A stretch of DNA of 64,000 nt from Dimorphilus gyrociliatus (GCA_904063045.1 CAJFCJ010000012.1:2496498-2560497); one strand, 5' to 3'; counted from the first letter of the stretch, positions 12,333 through 25,822 are shown. Numbers and translations are program-made. The notes: generated from the sequence alone by a model not told the origin.

Positions 12333-14180
12333 ATGTTTAAGGTGTCAAGAAGCATCTATTCTTTAAATACTTTAAAGAAATTTCTAATTATGACTAAAAT
12401 ATTCTTCTTATTGTTGTTGATATCAATATTTTCAACTTGTCTTAACTCAGGAAACAATACTTTAAAGGAATCAGTAGCATGTGTGATGCCAAAGTTATCA
12501 CTTTGGCCTCCACAGCTAGAAAAATATAATTATAAGCCTAAACCAATTGTTTGTGACCCACTCAACAACGACTGGGTTTTCACCAGAAAGGGAAAACTAT
12601 ACATTAGAAAAGTTTATGATAACATCACTTGTCAAGCTGTTATTAAATATACGAAAGATGCAGAAGAAACAAACGAAAGAAAATACGCAAAAGTTTACAA
12701 CGGAAGGACAATAAATGTTTACAATAACTCGCCAGTGCCATCTGATGTGTTTAAAGTATCTTGTAAAGCGAAACTATCAAATGGAACAGAGTTAAACTAC
12801 TCTAAATTGATATTAACAATTAAAAGAAGACTGGATATTCCACAAAAATTGAATAAAACAGATTTAGAGAATAAATTGAATATATTAATTTTTCAAATTG
12901 ATTCCGTCTCCAAGATGTCATGGTATAGAAGACTTAATCAAACTGTTCAAACATTCAAACACTTGGGAGGAATATGGTTTGAAAAAGCAAATGATATAGG
13001 AAAGGGTACTATTAAAACCCTTCTACCTATGTTTACAGGTAAGAGAGAGTGGGATTTACACAAAGCAGAGAGGGGCGTTAAAGGTGCTAGTCACTTGGAC
13101 GACTTTCCATGGATTTGGAAAGATTTCAAAAAGATGAAATATGTCTTTCTCTACGGGGACAAAAATACATTTCATTATAGATTTCTTGGATTTAAGAAAC
13201 CGCCGTCTCATCACTATGCTCGTCCTTGGTTTCTTACTTTTCCCAACGAAATCACTAAAAAGTATTGTATTGGTAACGAAACTAGGCATCAAATTTTACT
13301 TAACTACATCGAAGAATTCTGGGAAGCGTATAGAGGTCATCCAAAATTATCTTTTGTTAATCTTGAAGAATTTTCTCACGGTAAATATGTTGATGTGGAA
13401 TTAATTGACAAAGCTCACAGTGATTGGCTATTGTCTCTAAAGTCTTCAGGTAAGTTGGATGATACTCTAGTACTTCTTATGTCCGATCACGGCTTATTAT
13501 ATATGAAAATTGCCGAAGAAGCTCAAATGGAATACGAAGGTTTGAACCCTTATTGGGGTATGTTAATACCAGATTCCTTTAGAACGAAGTATCCACAGCT
13601 GGTGTCAAATCTTGAATCAAATAGAGACAAACTCATTACGCCATTGGATATGCACGCCACTCTAGGTCAGCTAGTCGAAATTTTATCAGGAAATAGTATT
13701 AGACCAATTAGACATACAAAAGCTTTAAGCCTATTTGAGAAAATTCCTTCAGAACGAACTTGTAGCGGAGCGAATATTCCACCGGAATATTGTCTTTGTG
13801 TTCGATACGAAAGCATAAGTACACAATCTAGATTGATTTTAAAAATGGCAAGTTTAATTGAAGATAGAATGAATGAGAAGATATCTGATTTAAGACAGGT
13901 TTGTCATAAGTTAGAAATAATGAAAGTAGTGTCAGTGCAAAAGAGCACGAAGTTCTACATGTCTGAGAGTTCGGAGACAGAACCATTTTATAAGTTTGTA
14001 ATAAAAATGAAGAAATTTTATATGGTTTTTAAGATTATTGTTTCTTTGAAAAAGTCATTTTATCACATAAATCCAACAATTACAATTAAACATATGTCAA
14101 GACTTGATAGATATGCAGAAACATCGAAATGTATATCTAATAAGTACCCGTATTTAGCTATATTCTGCTATTGCAAATAA
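12333..14180 (+). CDS. DUF229-family protein, tandem copy 2 (offset 3032 nt from copy 1)
   Basis: Intronless 615-aa ORF, nearly identical to copy 1 across the core, with the same motifs. Confidence 0.85.
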   Translation: MFKVSRSIYSLNTLKKFLIMTKIFFLLLLISIFSTCLNSGNNTLKESVACVMPKLSLWPPQLEKYNYKPKPIVCDPLNNDWVFTRKGKLYIRKVYDNITCQAVIKYTKDAEETNERKYAKVYNGRTINVYNNSPVPSDVFKVSCKAKLSNGTELNYSKLILTIKRRLDIPQKLNKTDLENKLNILIFQIDSVSKMSWYRRLNQTVQTFKHLGGIWFEKANDIGKGTIKTLLPMFTGKREWDLHKAERGVKGASHLDDFPWIWKDFKKMKYVFLYGDKNTFHYRFLGFKKPPSHHYARPWFLTFPNEITKKYCIGNETRHQILLNYIEEFWEAYRGHPKLSFVNLEEFSHGKYVDVELIDKAHSDWLLSLKSSGKLDDTLVLLMSDHGLLYMKIAEEAQMEYEGLNPYWGMLIPDSFRTKYPQLVSNLESNRDKLITPLDMHATLGQLVEILSGNSIRPIRHTKALSLFEKIPSERTCSGANIPPEYCLCVRYESISTQSRLILKMASLIEDRMNEKISDLRQVCHKLEIMKVVSVQKSTKFYMSESSETEPFYKFVIKMKKFYMVFKIIVSLKKSFYHINPTITIKHMSRLDRYAETSKCISNKYPYLAIFCYCK

Positions 14181-15333
14181 GCCTTTCTATTGATGTGAAT
14201 CATTGATGCTTCGACTATATAAAATTTGTAATTTGTTGAATTTAACGCTTATGGTGTTGGTATAAATATGTTGAACAAGAATTTTTATAAATTCTATTAT
14301 CTTCTTCATTGAAATTTGTAATAGAATTCAAGAAATGCTAATGAAGAAAGATATTAACGAAGAGTCAAAGTTTAGCTAAACTCGCCTTCTTTCTTTTGAA
14401 AAAATGATGTTCTATAATTTATGAAATGTTTTATGACAACATAAGGAATTTATCAGTAATTCATTGGTTATAAGTTTTAGATATTGTTTGAATAATGTTT
14501 TAAAAAATATAGCTATACTGCTATTTAATTCAAAAAGTATTTAATATATGGAAGAGTAGGCTTGTAGCATCTGTGGTTTATAGAAAATCATAAAAAATAC
14601 TTCAAGGTCGTATTCTACTATTGATATTGAACATTTTGGTTCAAATGACTTCTAAATACTTTGATAATAGAGAAATGTTTATTTGTTGAATTTTATGTTA
14701 ATTGTGTTAGTATATATGTTAAACAAGAATTATTAGTAATTCTTTTATCTTGTTTATATGGAATTTGTAATAGAATTCAATAAATGCAAACAAATAAACA
14801 AAGATAAAGAATTAGCACATTGCACCTTATTTAGAAAGAGAGGTAGACACATTACAGGTTTAATGATGGTTGAGTTAAAATTTATCTAAGCTCCGTATAT
14901 ACATATAAAAACGATTTTTTAGCATCGATCAAAAACGTTTGATCTCCAGCTCAGCAATTATTTATATGTCGTTATATTCTAATATAATAAATTTTGTAAA
15001 AGATGGCCACAATTTGGTTTTTTTTTAACATTCGTTCCTCAAGAACTAAGTCTTTGACTAAAACTTTTGAACGGTGCTAATGAATTTGTTTTCCTTTAAC
15101 GTCTTTTTTCTTACCCTTTAACAGTTGAGGAATGAAAAAAAAATATTTAGAATAGTATAAACAAAACAAACAAACAATCAAGCAAACAAATAATAGATTA
15201 AGTTCATTCAGGAGATTCGTCTGCTAATCCAACAAAAAAATAAAAACAAAATGCTCCAAAATCAAGTATGTACTTCATTCAATTTCCATTGTTCAATTGT
15301 TCAAAACCTTTTAATAACTCATCTATTCGCTGT

Positions 15334-18300
15334 TTATATGGAAACATTCCATTGTAAGATTGAAGTATCCTTTCCGCCAGTCGATAAAAGTTTTGAATCA
15401 TCGTTAACGAATTGAACATTTGTCACGTGAGAACTATGCCCAACGAAAGTGTGACAGTTTGCCTGTATTGTAGATTAGAGTTAAGGTTTTGTGTTTTGTT
15501 TATAAGTGGTAATGAAATTAATAACGTACCCTTGGTTGATAGCAAGGATACTTGAATAAATTAACATTTCCAAAATCATCTCCGCTAGCCAAGAGGTTAT
15601 GGGCTCTGGGCGCTCTACAACAAGCATTTACATCAGTTCCGTCTGCTCCGTCAGGCCAAATACCTGTTTTGTTTGTATTGTTTTATTTGTTACATATTAT
15701 TGGAGAAATAATGCAAAATATATCACAAACCGCAAACATTAAATCCTAATGTACAATTACTTGTTGCCCAATCAATATCTCTTAGTTGAGACGTTGTTGC
15801 TATTTGCTTGCAATTACCTTTATTCCCTTTAAAAGTAACAATAAAACAGCTTTTTATTCATTGATTAAATTAAAATAATCGCTATTTTCTTAGAAAAATT
15901 TTAAATATTTTCAATAAAATGTTTATTATATTTACAAAATAGTATTTCGTAATCTCCCGAATTCGATTGTAAAACTTGCCCGTCAGCTGACCAATCAACG
16001 TGCGTTATGTAGCTTGAATGCCCCTGTTTTGAAAGGATAAGCAAGTTTTGTGTTAAAATTTTCAGTACGACTGAAAAAGAGAAAACAAATTCTAAAGAGA
16101 TGAAAGAAAACCGCTAGATGGAGTGCGGCGTATGAAAAGGTTCTATTTAATTCGTTTTTTCGATAGAGCACTTACAATACAACGCCCGATTCTAGAATAT
16201 TTTTGACCATCTTCAGTTACACTGTAGACGTAGATCATATTATCTCTACTCCCAATAGCCAGAGAATTTCCGTCAGGAGAGAAGGCTAGGCATTCAACCT
16301 GTTCATTACCATCTGAATGCGAAGAGACTATTTGCTGGGAAGAGAGCTCCAGGGCTAACCAGCGGCCATTACATAAACCTACAATAACTATTTTTCCGTT
16401 GGGGTGAAAGGCAGCCGAGTGGGCGCTTTCAGGTAAAGATTTAAACCAAACAACACTGTGCTCAAGGGCGTCCCATAGGAAAATGTTCTGAAAGCAAAAA
16501 AGACAATATGTTACAAGGTCATTCAAACTTTCAACACAGTTAGAGAAAAAAAGATATAGAAAGAAAGAGAGATTTGTTATAGATAGATTGCCGATAAATT
16601 AAAACTATTTTTTCTCTTACTTTGTCGAATCCAGCGGTAATAAATTGGTGTAAAGTAGGATGTGTAGCCAAACCCCACAATTCTTCTACATGGCCATAAA
16701 CTATTGGTGTCCATTTAGTTTCGAATGAGCCGGTTAATATATTATTCTTTGTTGTACCAATCACAATTTGCGATCCTGGTCCACGACCAAAAGTTCTTAT
16801 TGAGCCGAATACTTCATCTATTTTAGCCGATGCTAATTTTCTATAATTAACATCCCATTTAATAACGCATCTATCTTTTCCACCCGACAAGAAGACACCA
16901 TCGTTGGATGTGCATATCGTAAAAACCGTACCTTCGTGGACATTAGGTAATACGTGCACAATCTTGTTCGTGCCTGTTAACCGGAAGTGCTTTTAGCGAC
17001 AACTACGCGAGAAGGATAGAAAAAAGGTAAGAAAAAAAGAAAGAGAGAGAGAGTGAGAGACAGAGAGAGATAGAGACAGAAAAATAGAGATGTCATGGTT
17101 TGTATAACGTACATTTATATACAACATAAAACGAATGGATAAGTACTTGTAATTGATTCTATGACCGAAAAAGGTCAAGCAGCGAGAAAACGAAAAGAAT
17201 AAATAGATTTTTAATGCGATCTATAGAATAAAAGTGAGAAGATGTGCTAGTATTTAAAAGAATAGGGTTTATTAAAGAAGACGAAGAAGACGAAGAAGAA
17301 GTATTTCTTTACCTTCTCTATTAGAAAAATCAAAAAAAAAGAAAGAAATCATTCAATAATTAGGCCTAAATTTTTTAGCTTTACTACTCGAAATTTAGCT
17401 ATTATTATAAATAGTATATCGTTAGATAGGAATGACAGCTTTAATTTCTTTTACAATAGAAGAAAAATGTTGAGAATCTGAGACTTTTGAACGAGAAACT
17501 GTTGATTTATAAATGTGTTTGATAAATACAAACTACTTAACCTCTCGATTCAAATATTTTACTAGACTTTTATAGCGGAATTTTCAAGAGATTTGACCTA
17601 AACAGTTAAAAGGTCGATAAATTTTGATAACTAACCTCGTCCCCAGATCACAATATTTCCATTCGAGTCACCCGACATTACGTCGCCATTAGAGGCAAAT
17701 GCTATACAATTAACAAAGCGGGGTTTGTCGTATTTCTATAGAGAGAATAGGAGGAGGAGAGGGAAGGAAATGGAGAGAGAGGACGATAAAAAGAGAAATA
17801 AGAATAATTATTATTTTATTATTGTTCTTAATATAAATTTAAGAAATTATTAAAGCTTACTTCGTAAATGCCCGATTTTTTAGTTATACCGGTTCTATCC
17901 CATATCCAAAAGTTTATATGTCCTTTTCCGCAAGAAACAATAGTATTCCTCTCACTAGGATGGAACTCACAAGCCAAAACTGTATCGGTTGAACTCTGCG
18001 AGAAAAAATATCCATTTTTAATATTTACTATACTGTATAGTCTTCAATTCATCTCAATTCTTATTTACTTTCACTTCAACAAGCTTTGATTCTCTTTGCC
18101 ATTGCCAAATCGACATTATATGTTCATTTGCTTCGTCAATCGCGCATAGATGTTGACCACCGTCAGCTTTTGAAAAGGCAATACAGGAAATTGCCCTATC
18201 AAAATGTCCTAGGCCAATGACGTGAAGAGTTTGTAGACTGAGAGAGTTCCATATTCTAATGTGAGGCTGTTTATCAAATAGTTTAGGGAAGGGAGGAAGA

Positions 18301-18612
18301 ATAAACATTACTTTTCAAAGGCATAGCTTTATATTTTTAACAACAATATAAGAAAGGAGCAAAAAACAAGAGCAAAAGAAAAAAGATTGGTAAAGTTTGT
18401 TATCTTTTCATTTCTTTTGAAAATTAGTCAATCTAAATTTTTACAAATCCTAAACTTCTCACCCAATTATCCCTTGGTTCAATCAGGTCATTATCCGACC
18501 TTCGTTTATTGAGTAATGAAAATATAGGCTGTACAAAAAAGGAGAAGGAGGGGATAGTAAATAGATGAATAAAAATTAATAACAATATGCAGCATACTCT
18601 ATATATTTACAG

Positions 18613-18643
<31 letters not shown>

Positions 18644-21600
18644 TAGTATATACTGTCTATAATAAAGAAATAGAAATAAAATAATATTTTCTCAACAACG
18701 ATACAATAGTTGATCAACAGAAGAAAAAGAAAATTTTTTTGGAATAGTTTCATTTCTAACTTTTCCTATTTTCTCTCTTCCTTTGATCTTTTTCTATCAT
18801 ATTTTTTAAAAGTCTTATTTTTCAAGGTACAGTTAGAAAAGGGTGGGAATTGGGAAATTTTACTATCTAGTATTGAAATCTCTACTTACTTTTTCTTCTC
18901 TTCGATCGTGTCCTGCAACCTGACCGGTTGCAACAGTTATTTTATCCGGATGAATAGATAGACTTTTAATATCGTCATTGTGCCCAGTATAATGTCTTTG
19001 AATTTGTTCATCAACATTGTATAGGACAACGACAGCAGCTATAAAGTAGATTAGCTCGCCAGTTGGTAATATGAATAAATTGTTTCGGCTATCTTTTCCT
19101 CTGTAGCCGTAGACCCATTCCAATTTGAGTTTTTCAACTGGAGGAGGTGCTGATTTTGCTACATTAATATCTTGAATATAACTAGGAACTGGCATATTGA
19201 TTGGTCTTCCCCTTAAATAGATTCGAAGTAGACGTTCCTCTGTAGAGCAATATTTTAGTAAAACTTAAACAGTATATATGAAAGTTTACCAGCGCTATAG
19301 GTGGCCTCTCTTAACCTGTTTAAAGCAAAAAGAAAAGTAGATTAGAACAAAGAATAATAAGAAATAATACTACTTTTTTTCAACTCTATTAACATTTTTT
19401 GTGAAATGCTTAAGAAATAAGAAAGAGAACTCTTTTTACCAGAAAAAAGAAAGATAAAATAAATAGAAAATAAGTATACGAAAAGAAAATAAATAGACAA
19501 TAAAGATAGAACAGCCTCTTCTTCTTCTTCTCCTCTACTCCTTTTTGAACATAATATATAAAAGAGAAAGAATTGAACAACAGTTAGCGCAGTCTTTTTT
19601 CCTTTTCTAAATAAAATAATACTTTCCTTATAAATCATAAAGTAAACAAATTTGATTATAGGAACAAAAGAAAAGTTAATAAAAGCCCATTTTAAAAGGT
19701 TTTACCCTCTTTTTGGTGTTGACGTCCTTCCGGTCGAAAAGTGTGTCGATAAACTGCCTAATGAGTCACTAAGCCTGAATTTAATTATAGAATATTTACT
19801 TATAAAGTAAACTATTTATTGAATTGAGGTATAATATTAATAATAAGAATAGTAATAATAAAAGGGAATAAAAAGTTAGTTACAATTACGGAGGAAGCAC
19901 TTATAGTAACAAATTATTTTGTCCAACACAAGACAAAACATTTCATGAATGCTCTCCTATTTCATTCAAAAATGTTTTTAATAAAGGATTATGACGTGCT
20001 TGAAGCAAATATTATATGAAAAAATATCATTTATCGAAGGGACAACTAAATGCCATTTATCCGTAATCGTAACAAAGTAAACCCGTCCGACGGTCGACTG
20101 AAGTGCAGGACAGGGTTGACGGATAGCAGAAAAAAAAGGGGTCGTATTGCGATATATAGGATGATATATGCGTAAACCAATAATTATAGCCCTCTATTTG
20201 GAGTAGTCTATTGATAATAGTAAAATTAACACCTCACTGAACAATACGAAACAACACTTTTGAAATTTACCGAATGGGCGGTGGCTGTCTACTCCTACAA
20301 TTTCCTCTTGATTTGTCCCTTTATCAAATGAAAAAATAAAGCAAAGTTTTAATCTTAATTGTTTGCAATAAATCGGCTAGCACAGGTGGGAATTGGGAGG
20401 TGGAAGAAAATAAAGGAAGACAAAAGATAATAGAGAAGATTATACTCTCTATATACGTCTAAGAAAGAAAAATACTGTAAATACAATATCTATATTTAGA
20501 ACCTTATATACCGCTCTGCCTTATAACTTTTTTTATTTCATTTTACTTTTATTTACATAAGATTTCTAAGAAATGAATATTTTTCTTGCAACAGGTAATT
20601 AGAGCGTAATAAAAGGTTACATTAGGGTGTTTTCCTCTCTTTTCTCTCTTTTTCCAAGGCTTTATTAAATTCCTTACCGTTTCGAAGTGGTTGGCGGAGT
20701 AATTAAAGTTGAATTATTCCATTCAGGCCAGTAAAATTATTTAAGGAAAAATAAAAAAAAGTGATCTTATTGAATTTGTAACAAGTTTTTATAGGTTCAA
20801 TATAAGAGTAGGGTCTTTTGAGGGATACCGTTACACCGTCTCTATATAGCTCTTTTCTTCTTTCATTATATTTTTTACCTATGCATTAAGTATAAAGAAA
20901 AACTTTGAAATTAACGGATTACGTTTCCTTTACTATCAAGGGAAAAAATCATTGCTTTTAAATATCATAAAAAATATGTTAATTGGCTAAGACAGCTTAA
21001 AGGCTTAAACAGTATTTCAAAAGCAAAGTAAATCTCATTAAAAAGAGCTTAATACAATTATCAAGTTAAATCAAATTAACATCTTCATTTTAATAGCTCT
21101 ATTATAACGGTGAAAAGGATTTTTCTATTATTCTCTCCTATATCGTTTTAATTAATTTGTTGAATTCTTTTCTATTAAGGGTTTTGGTCTCTTTTTTTTT
21201 TTCTTTTCTATTTTTTATCTATGAAAAGTTGACTTTATCAATAGAATAGACCAATTCTGTATACATATTCTCTATACTATAAATATATATGTTAGAATTT
21301 ATATATACAGTATATATATTAGTTTATACTGAAAATTCTGCTTATATATTCACCTTGAATTCGACAAACCTCCTCCAACTCCATTCATTGGTGTATGGTC
21401 GCTTGGTGAAAATGATGGCCATTTTTTCGTCAATTTTGCCGGTGTTAATCTACCGGAAGACGGTGATGGAGATGATGTCATTCTATGTATACCATCTGAA
21501 CTAAAAGTTCTTCTAGATAGTTTTCCTTCTTGTCTCTTTGCTGTTCTTGTAGGGGTAGGTTGATAATGGTGAGGTACTTGCTGGCTTACTTGATTGGATG

Positions 21601-23663
21601 TCTGCGGCAGGGGTTGCTCGACATTCGTAAGGCGTCTAATTGCATCGGATAAGGCACTTCGAAGTAAAAGAATGTCGTCGGCTTGCTGCTGAAGAAGTCG
21701 TTCAACAGATGATAGCCTATCCATCATAGCTTCCTGTGTAACGGCGGCAAGCTCTTCTGTGCAATAGAAGGTAATAGGAGGAAGGATTATCTAAACGCAA
21801 ATAACCCTTTCGGTAGAATTAAATGTGAAAAGGCTCGAAAATAAAGTGCTTTATTAAGTACACAGACAGACAAAAGCGTATAAACTAAACAGAATTCAAT
21901 CAAGTGTCAAAAATTGAATAGTTTCCGATCAGTTAGAAACTTAAGCAGAAGCAAAACATATATACATAAACACGTACTGTATACCGCATATAGATATATA
22001 CTAATAGATATACGGTCTATAGAAATGTATTGAAAAGGAGAGGAAGGTATATAGTTTATATAGAATATATTGCGTAAATGCAATATGTTACACTGTAATG
22101 GGGACATAAAAAACCTATATACCGCTGATCATTTATTAAATTTCTATTGTAATTAGATACAGTAAATGAATGTTGTATATAAACATAAGAATCTCATATA
22201 TATATATAAATATATACAGTATATATATTCTGCATGTGGGTTTCATAATGTTTTTTCATAACAAGAAGTTCATTGTTCGCTTTAACTATTTATCAAACAT
22301 ACTATGACACCTGTAATCCGGGTGAATAGCTCTTTATTCTATAAATCAAAGTTAAACGTATCCTATCTTAATTCTGTGTAAAATTATTTAAAAATAAAAT
22401 AATAATTAATAGAACATAAAATATAATTGCTTATTCTTCATTTTTCTATTCAACTACAAGTGTTGAGTAGAATTAAATAGCCTTCGTGTATTGATTAATT
22501 AAAGGAAATTCAATTCCATATTCTTATCTGGGGCAAATTGATTCTTTTACTCTACTCCGTCCACCTAGGGTAATAGGCGTGGGAAATACCTTCTTACTGC
22601 GTAATGTAATATACAGTAGATTATTATCTCTCTACCTGCGTAAAAAGCGCAACAATAGTAAAAGGATAAACAAGAAAAGTTACTGGTACAGTCATTGGCC
22701 CTATTTTTTCATTAGGATAGCAAGAACATTGTATGTATACTAGAGATAGGTGAAAATAAGAAAAAAAAAGAGAATAGGGGTGGCCTTAAAGAGGATATTT
22801 AATTGCTTTGAATGATATAGAAGTTTCTATAGTTATTTTGCTTTGGTAATTTAATTAATTAGCTTTAACTTGGCAAATATTGGTAAAAGAAATTATAGAT
22901 ATATAGATATATATATATTTATACACAGTATATGCAGAATAGTAGTTGATTTCTTTTAAATAAGATAATCGTTATCAACTTACCATTGCAGTCTAGTTCT
23001 GAATCTAGACTGTCTTTTGAATTATTACGTACATCCTCTTTATCTATTAAGGAAAACAAGTAAAAACAAAACATCTATAACAACAAACAAATAAACAAAT
23101 AAATCAAGAAATGTTTGTGTAATAGTCATCATCTAGTCACAAGGTTGTTGTAAGTTAAAGTATACTTGATATATGTATACTGTATATACTTGAATGTACT
23201 TCTGAAACATTCCTTTTCAATTCTTTATTTTACTCCTATCTCTTTCTATAAAGAATTTTACATACTTCTTAAATTTAATAGACTTTTAATCATGCTTTTT
23301 TACGCTCGGTAAAATAATCATTCAATGTTTATAACTATACAAATAAGTATATGGATAACTCTTTCTTTCTTTTATTCATTCATTCTTTTATCCTTTTTTT
23401 ATATAAAAAAAGATAACGTTGTTAAATCTATTACCGTTTAGTTGCCATCTACACTTTCCTTATTTCCGGATTCTAACCCTTTTTAAGCTACCTGTACGTT
23501 CTCAGAGACAAGAATGACTATTAATCGTGACGATAGTATCATTAATTATCTTCAATCAACATACATTAGGTTGTCAAATTCTGCTTGAATACGACTACTT
23601 CTTAAATACAATTGATTAGAGATGTTATTAAAGGAAACAAAAATGATTACCTATCCTGTCCAT
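15334..23663 (-). CDS. EML: Echinoderm microtubule-associated protein-like (EML1/2/4 type): coiled coil, HELP motif and WD40 TAPE domain; multi-exon
   Basis: Coiled coil MMDRLSSVERLLQQQADDILLLRSALSDAIRRL (exon 21756-21354). RIYLRGRPINM and KLKLEWVYGYRG HELP motif (exon 19239-18890). WD40 exons 18.3-15.4 kb end GHSSHVTNVQF...STGGKDTSILQW, stop at 15336-15334. The two 5'-most exons (23663-23651, 23043-22984) are inferred from splice phase and are less certain. Confidence 0.92.
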
Positions 23664-24171
23664 CTGGTCTGCTGCAACGTCATCAAACTAAAAACGTTTT
23701 AAATGATCCTCTCTTTTTAAAGATAATCTTAATAAACTATTTAATGGTAGACTTTTAGGTCAAAAAATAGCTCTTTAGAAGTTAAATGTCGCCCTTTAAA
23801 GTTTTTCAATTTGTTATTCTCTATTGAGTTGAAAATAGGAGGAAAATCTTGCAAATATCTCATATATTTCGAATTAGATCATAATAAAAATCTTGTGTTA
23901 TTTTGTAAATTATTAAATTTTCCCTCCGTTGGCGAGAATCAGAATGCTCATGTGTTGGACAAGAATTCCGCTTTATATTTACATTTGGCAGGTCTATCCG
24001 CCATATTTATTTACAATAACCACCCAAAGTAATATATAAAAGAAGAATTCAACGTAAGATTTTCTCTAATTTATTCGTTCATCATTATCTAAATTACTAA
24101 CTAAAAAATTATCTTTTGTTCACAGAACAGCTGATTCATAAAATTCATCAGATACGAAAACAATAAAGTGA

Positions 24172-24190
24172 TCACGTGATTGGCGCGAAT
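24172..24190. promoter_or_regulatory. Putative bidirectional promoter element cluster: E-box TCACGTGA, overlapping ATTGG (CCAAT box) and GGCGCGAA (E2F-like)
   Basis: Sequence TCACGTGATTGGCGCGAAT lies between the divergently oriented EML and HMG-box genes. The motif identities come from consensus knowledge; function is inferred. Confidence 0.45.
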
Positions 24191-25309
24191 AGATAGACCT
24201 TTAAGACATCCGCTTAAGAATGAACGCTGGAAATCAAGGTAAAGTAACTTTTCTGTATAATCTATCCCTTGAAAATAAATAAGGATTATTTAGCTTCTCA
24301 GTAGTTAAAAGAAATTTGTATCTCTTTTTATTTTAAATGCAAAATCGACCACAATATTCTCTAGGTGGTATCAAACTTGACCGTTATTCTAGTCTTCCAG
24401 AACTATTCCATAATCGAGCAAATCTTTCACAAATTTGACTATTTTTTTTTCTTGTAATATTCTTTAAACAATTTAACCTCGGATATCTCTGATAGGACGC
24501 CTTTTAAGTTACGATTAACTAGTTTCCACGTTGATTTGTTCTTAGGGTGTAGGGCCGGATCTACTTTCAATGTTCGAATCATGGAACATTTTCATTCAAA
24601 TAATTTTCTCGAATCCATTCAATATTTCACCATATAACTCAATTAAACTATTTATTAATGAATATAATTTCAGTTCAGTTAATCCTTTTTAATATTAAAA
24701 AGTGATTTATTTGTTTTTCTAGCATTTACTCTCAACGGCCTTACAGACCTTATAATGTAACGATCGCAACGATTTACGCAACGTAATAAGCTCTATTACG
24801 AATGCAGAAATAAATATGATCGTCAAACACACTCTTAAGAATAATTTTAGTTCTTTAATAGAATCTTACCGGTCAGCGGACATTTTGAATTTTTCGATCA
24901 TTAAATTTCAATAAGTATGTTTTTTCTCAGTCTGGCTGATTTTCAAGCCCTTCTTACCTTGCTTATAGACTTCTGATTATATCTAATTTATCATTATATT
25001 TAAAAGTAATACTATTTTGCGAATCAAGGGAAGTTTATTTATTTTTCCAGAGCTATGGTTCCTTTGAAAGTTTTTATCGTAGTAATTTATTACTTGGGAT
25101 TAGACTACCCCTTGTAAACATGAAATAAGATAGGTTCACAAAACGTTTTTGACAACTTCTTTTCTGATATAATTGCAGGGTTTAGTATAACTTATGTATT
25201 ATTGTGTCAATGGAATCCTATTATAAGGATAGAGTTTCTTGGGAATTATTAAGCATTGTTTATCACATATATATATATATATATACACAATAAGATACAC
25301 TTAATATAT

Positions 25310-25315
<6 letters not shown>

Positions 25316-25361
<46 letters not shown>
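25316..25361. repeat. (TA)n microsatellite
   Basis: About 23 perfect TA units. Confidence 0.95.
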
Positions 25362-25364
<3 letters not shown>

Positions 25365-25822
25365 GTGTAAAATGTTCGTTTACGAACAGCAATGAAAACC
25401 CTCATTGACGTCGATCTTTATGGAAAAACTTTCGTGTTTTTTTATTAAATAATAATTAATTGTACTTAGATATTACACTAACTCGTTTAGGTAAATATTA
25501 CTACTAAAGAAGAAATTCAATCTATTTACATACCGCATTCCATGATTTTGTTCAACTGTCTCGCCTCAGGAATATTTTTCGTAGTATCCATTCCGTCGAT
25601 CTTACAAAGTGCTGTCAAAATATATTTGCCCAATCATGATAGTTTGTCTATCAATAAATCGCTGTTTTTCATTACATACTTAATCTATCAGAAAAGAATA
25701 ATGAAATTTATTGACGTGCATTATATGTATTGTTGAGTTATTGATATGGCCATTTCGTTAATATGTAACTCTAGTAAATACTCTTTCTATATCGTTGCAA
25801 AACGATCTTTTGTCTTATTTAG

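Noticed and set aside
10024-13404. Duplicated small ORFs 10024..10260 and 13056..13292, 10109..10366 and 13141..13404
   Set aside because: Shadow ORFs of the duplicated DUF229 coding sequence; their identity simply reflects the duplication.
20080-20125. Potential hairpin (AACCCGTCC...GGACAGGGTT) in an EML intron as a structured ncRNA or miRNA
   Set aside because: The stem is short and bulged, with no recognisable family motif; it could arise by chance in a small GC-richer patch.
25495-25740. Possible HLH helix (QLSRLRNIFRSIHSVDLTK...) that would complete a MEIOSIN bHLH
   Set aside because: It needs an implausible 34-nt intron and the helix-2 similarity is weak, so it is not supportable without expression data.
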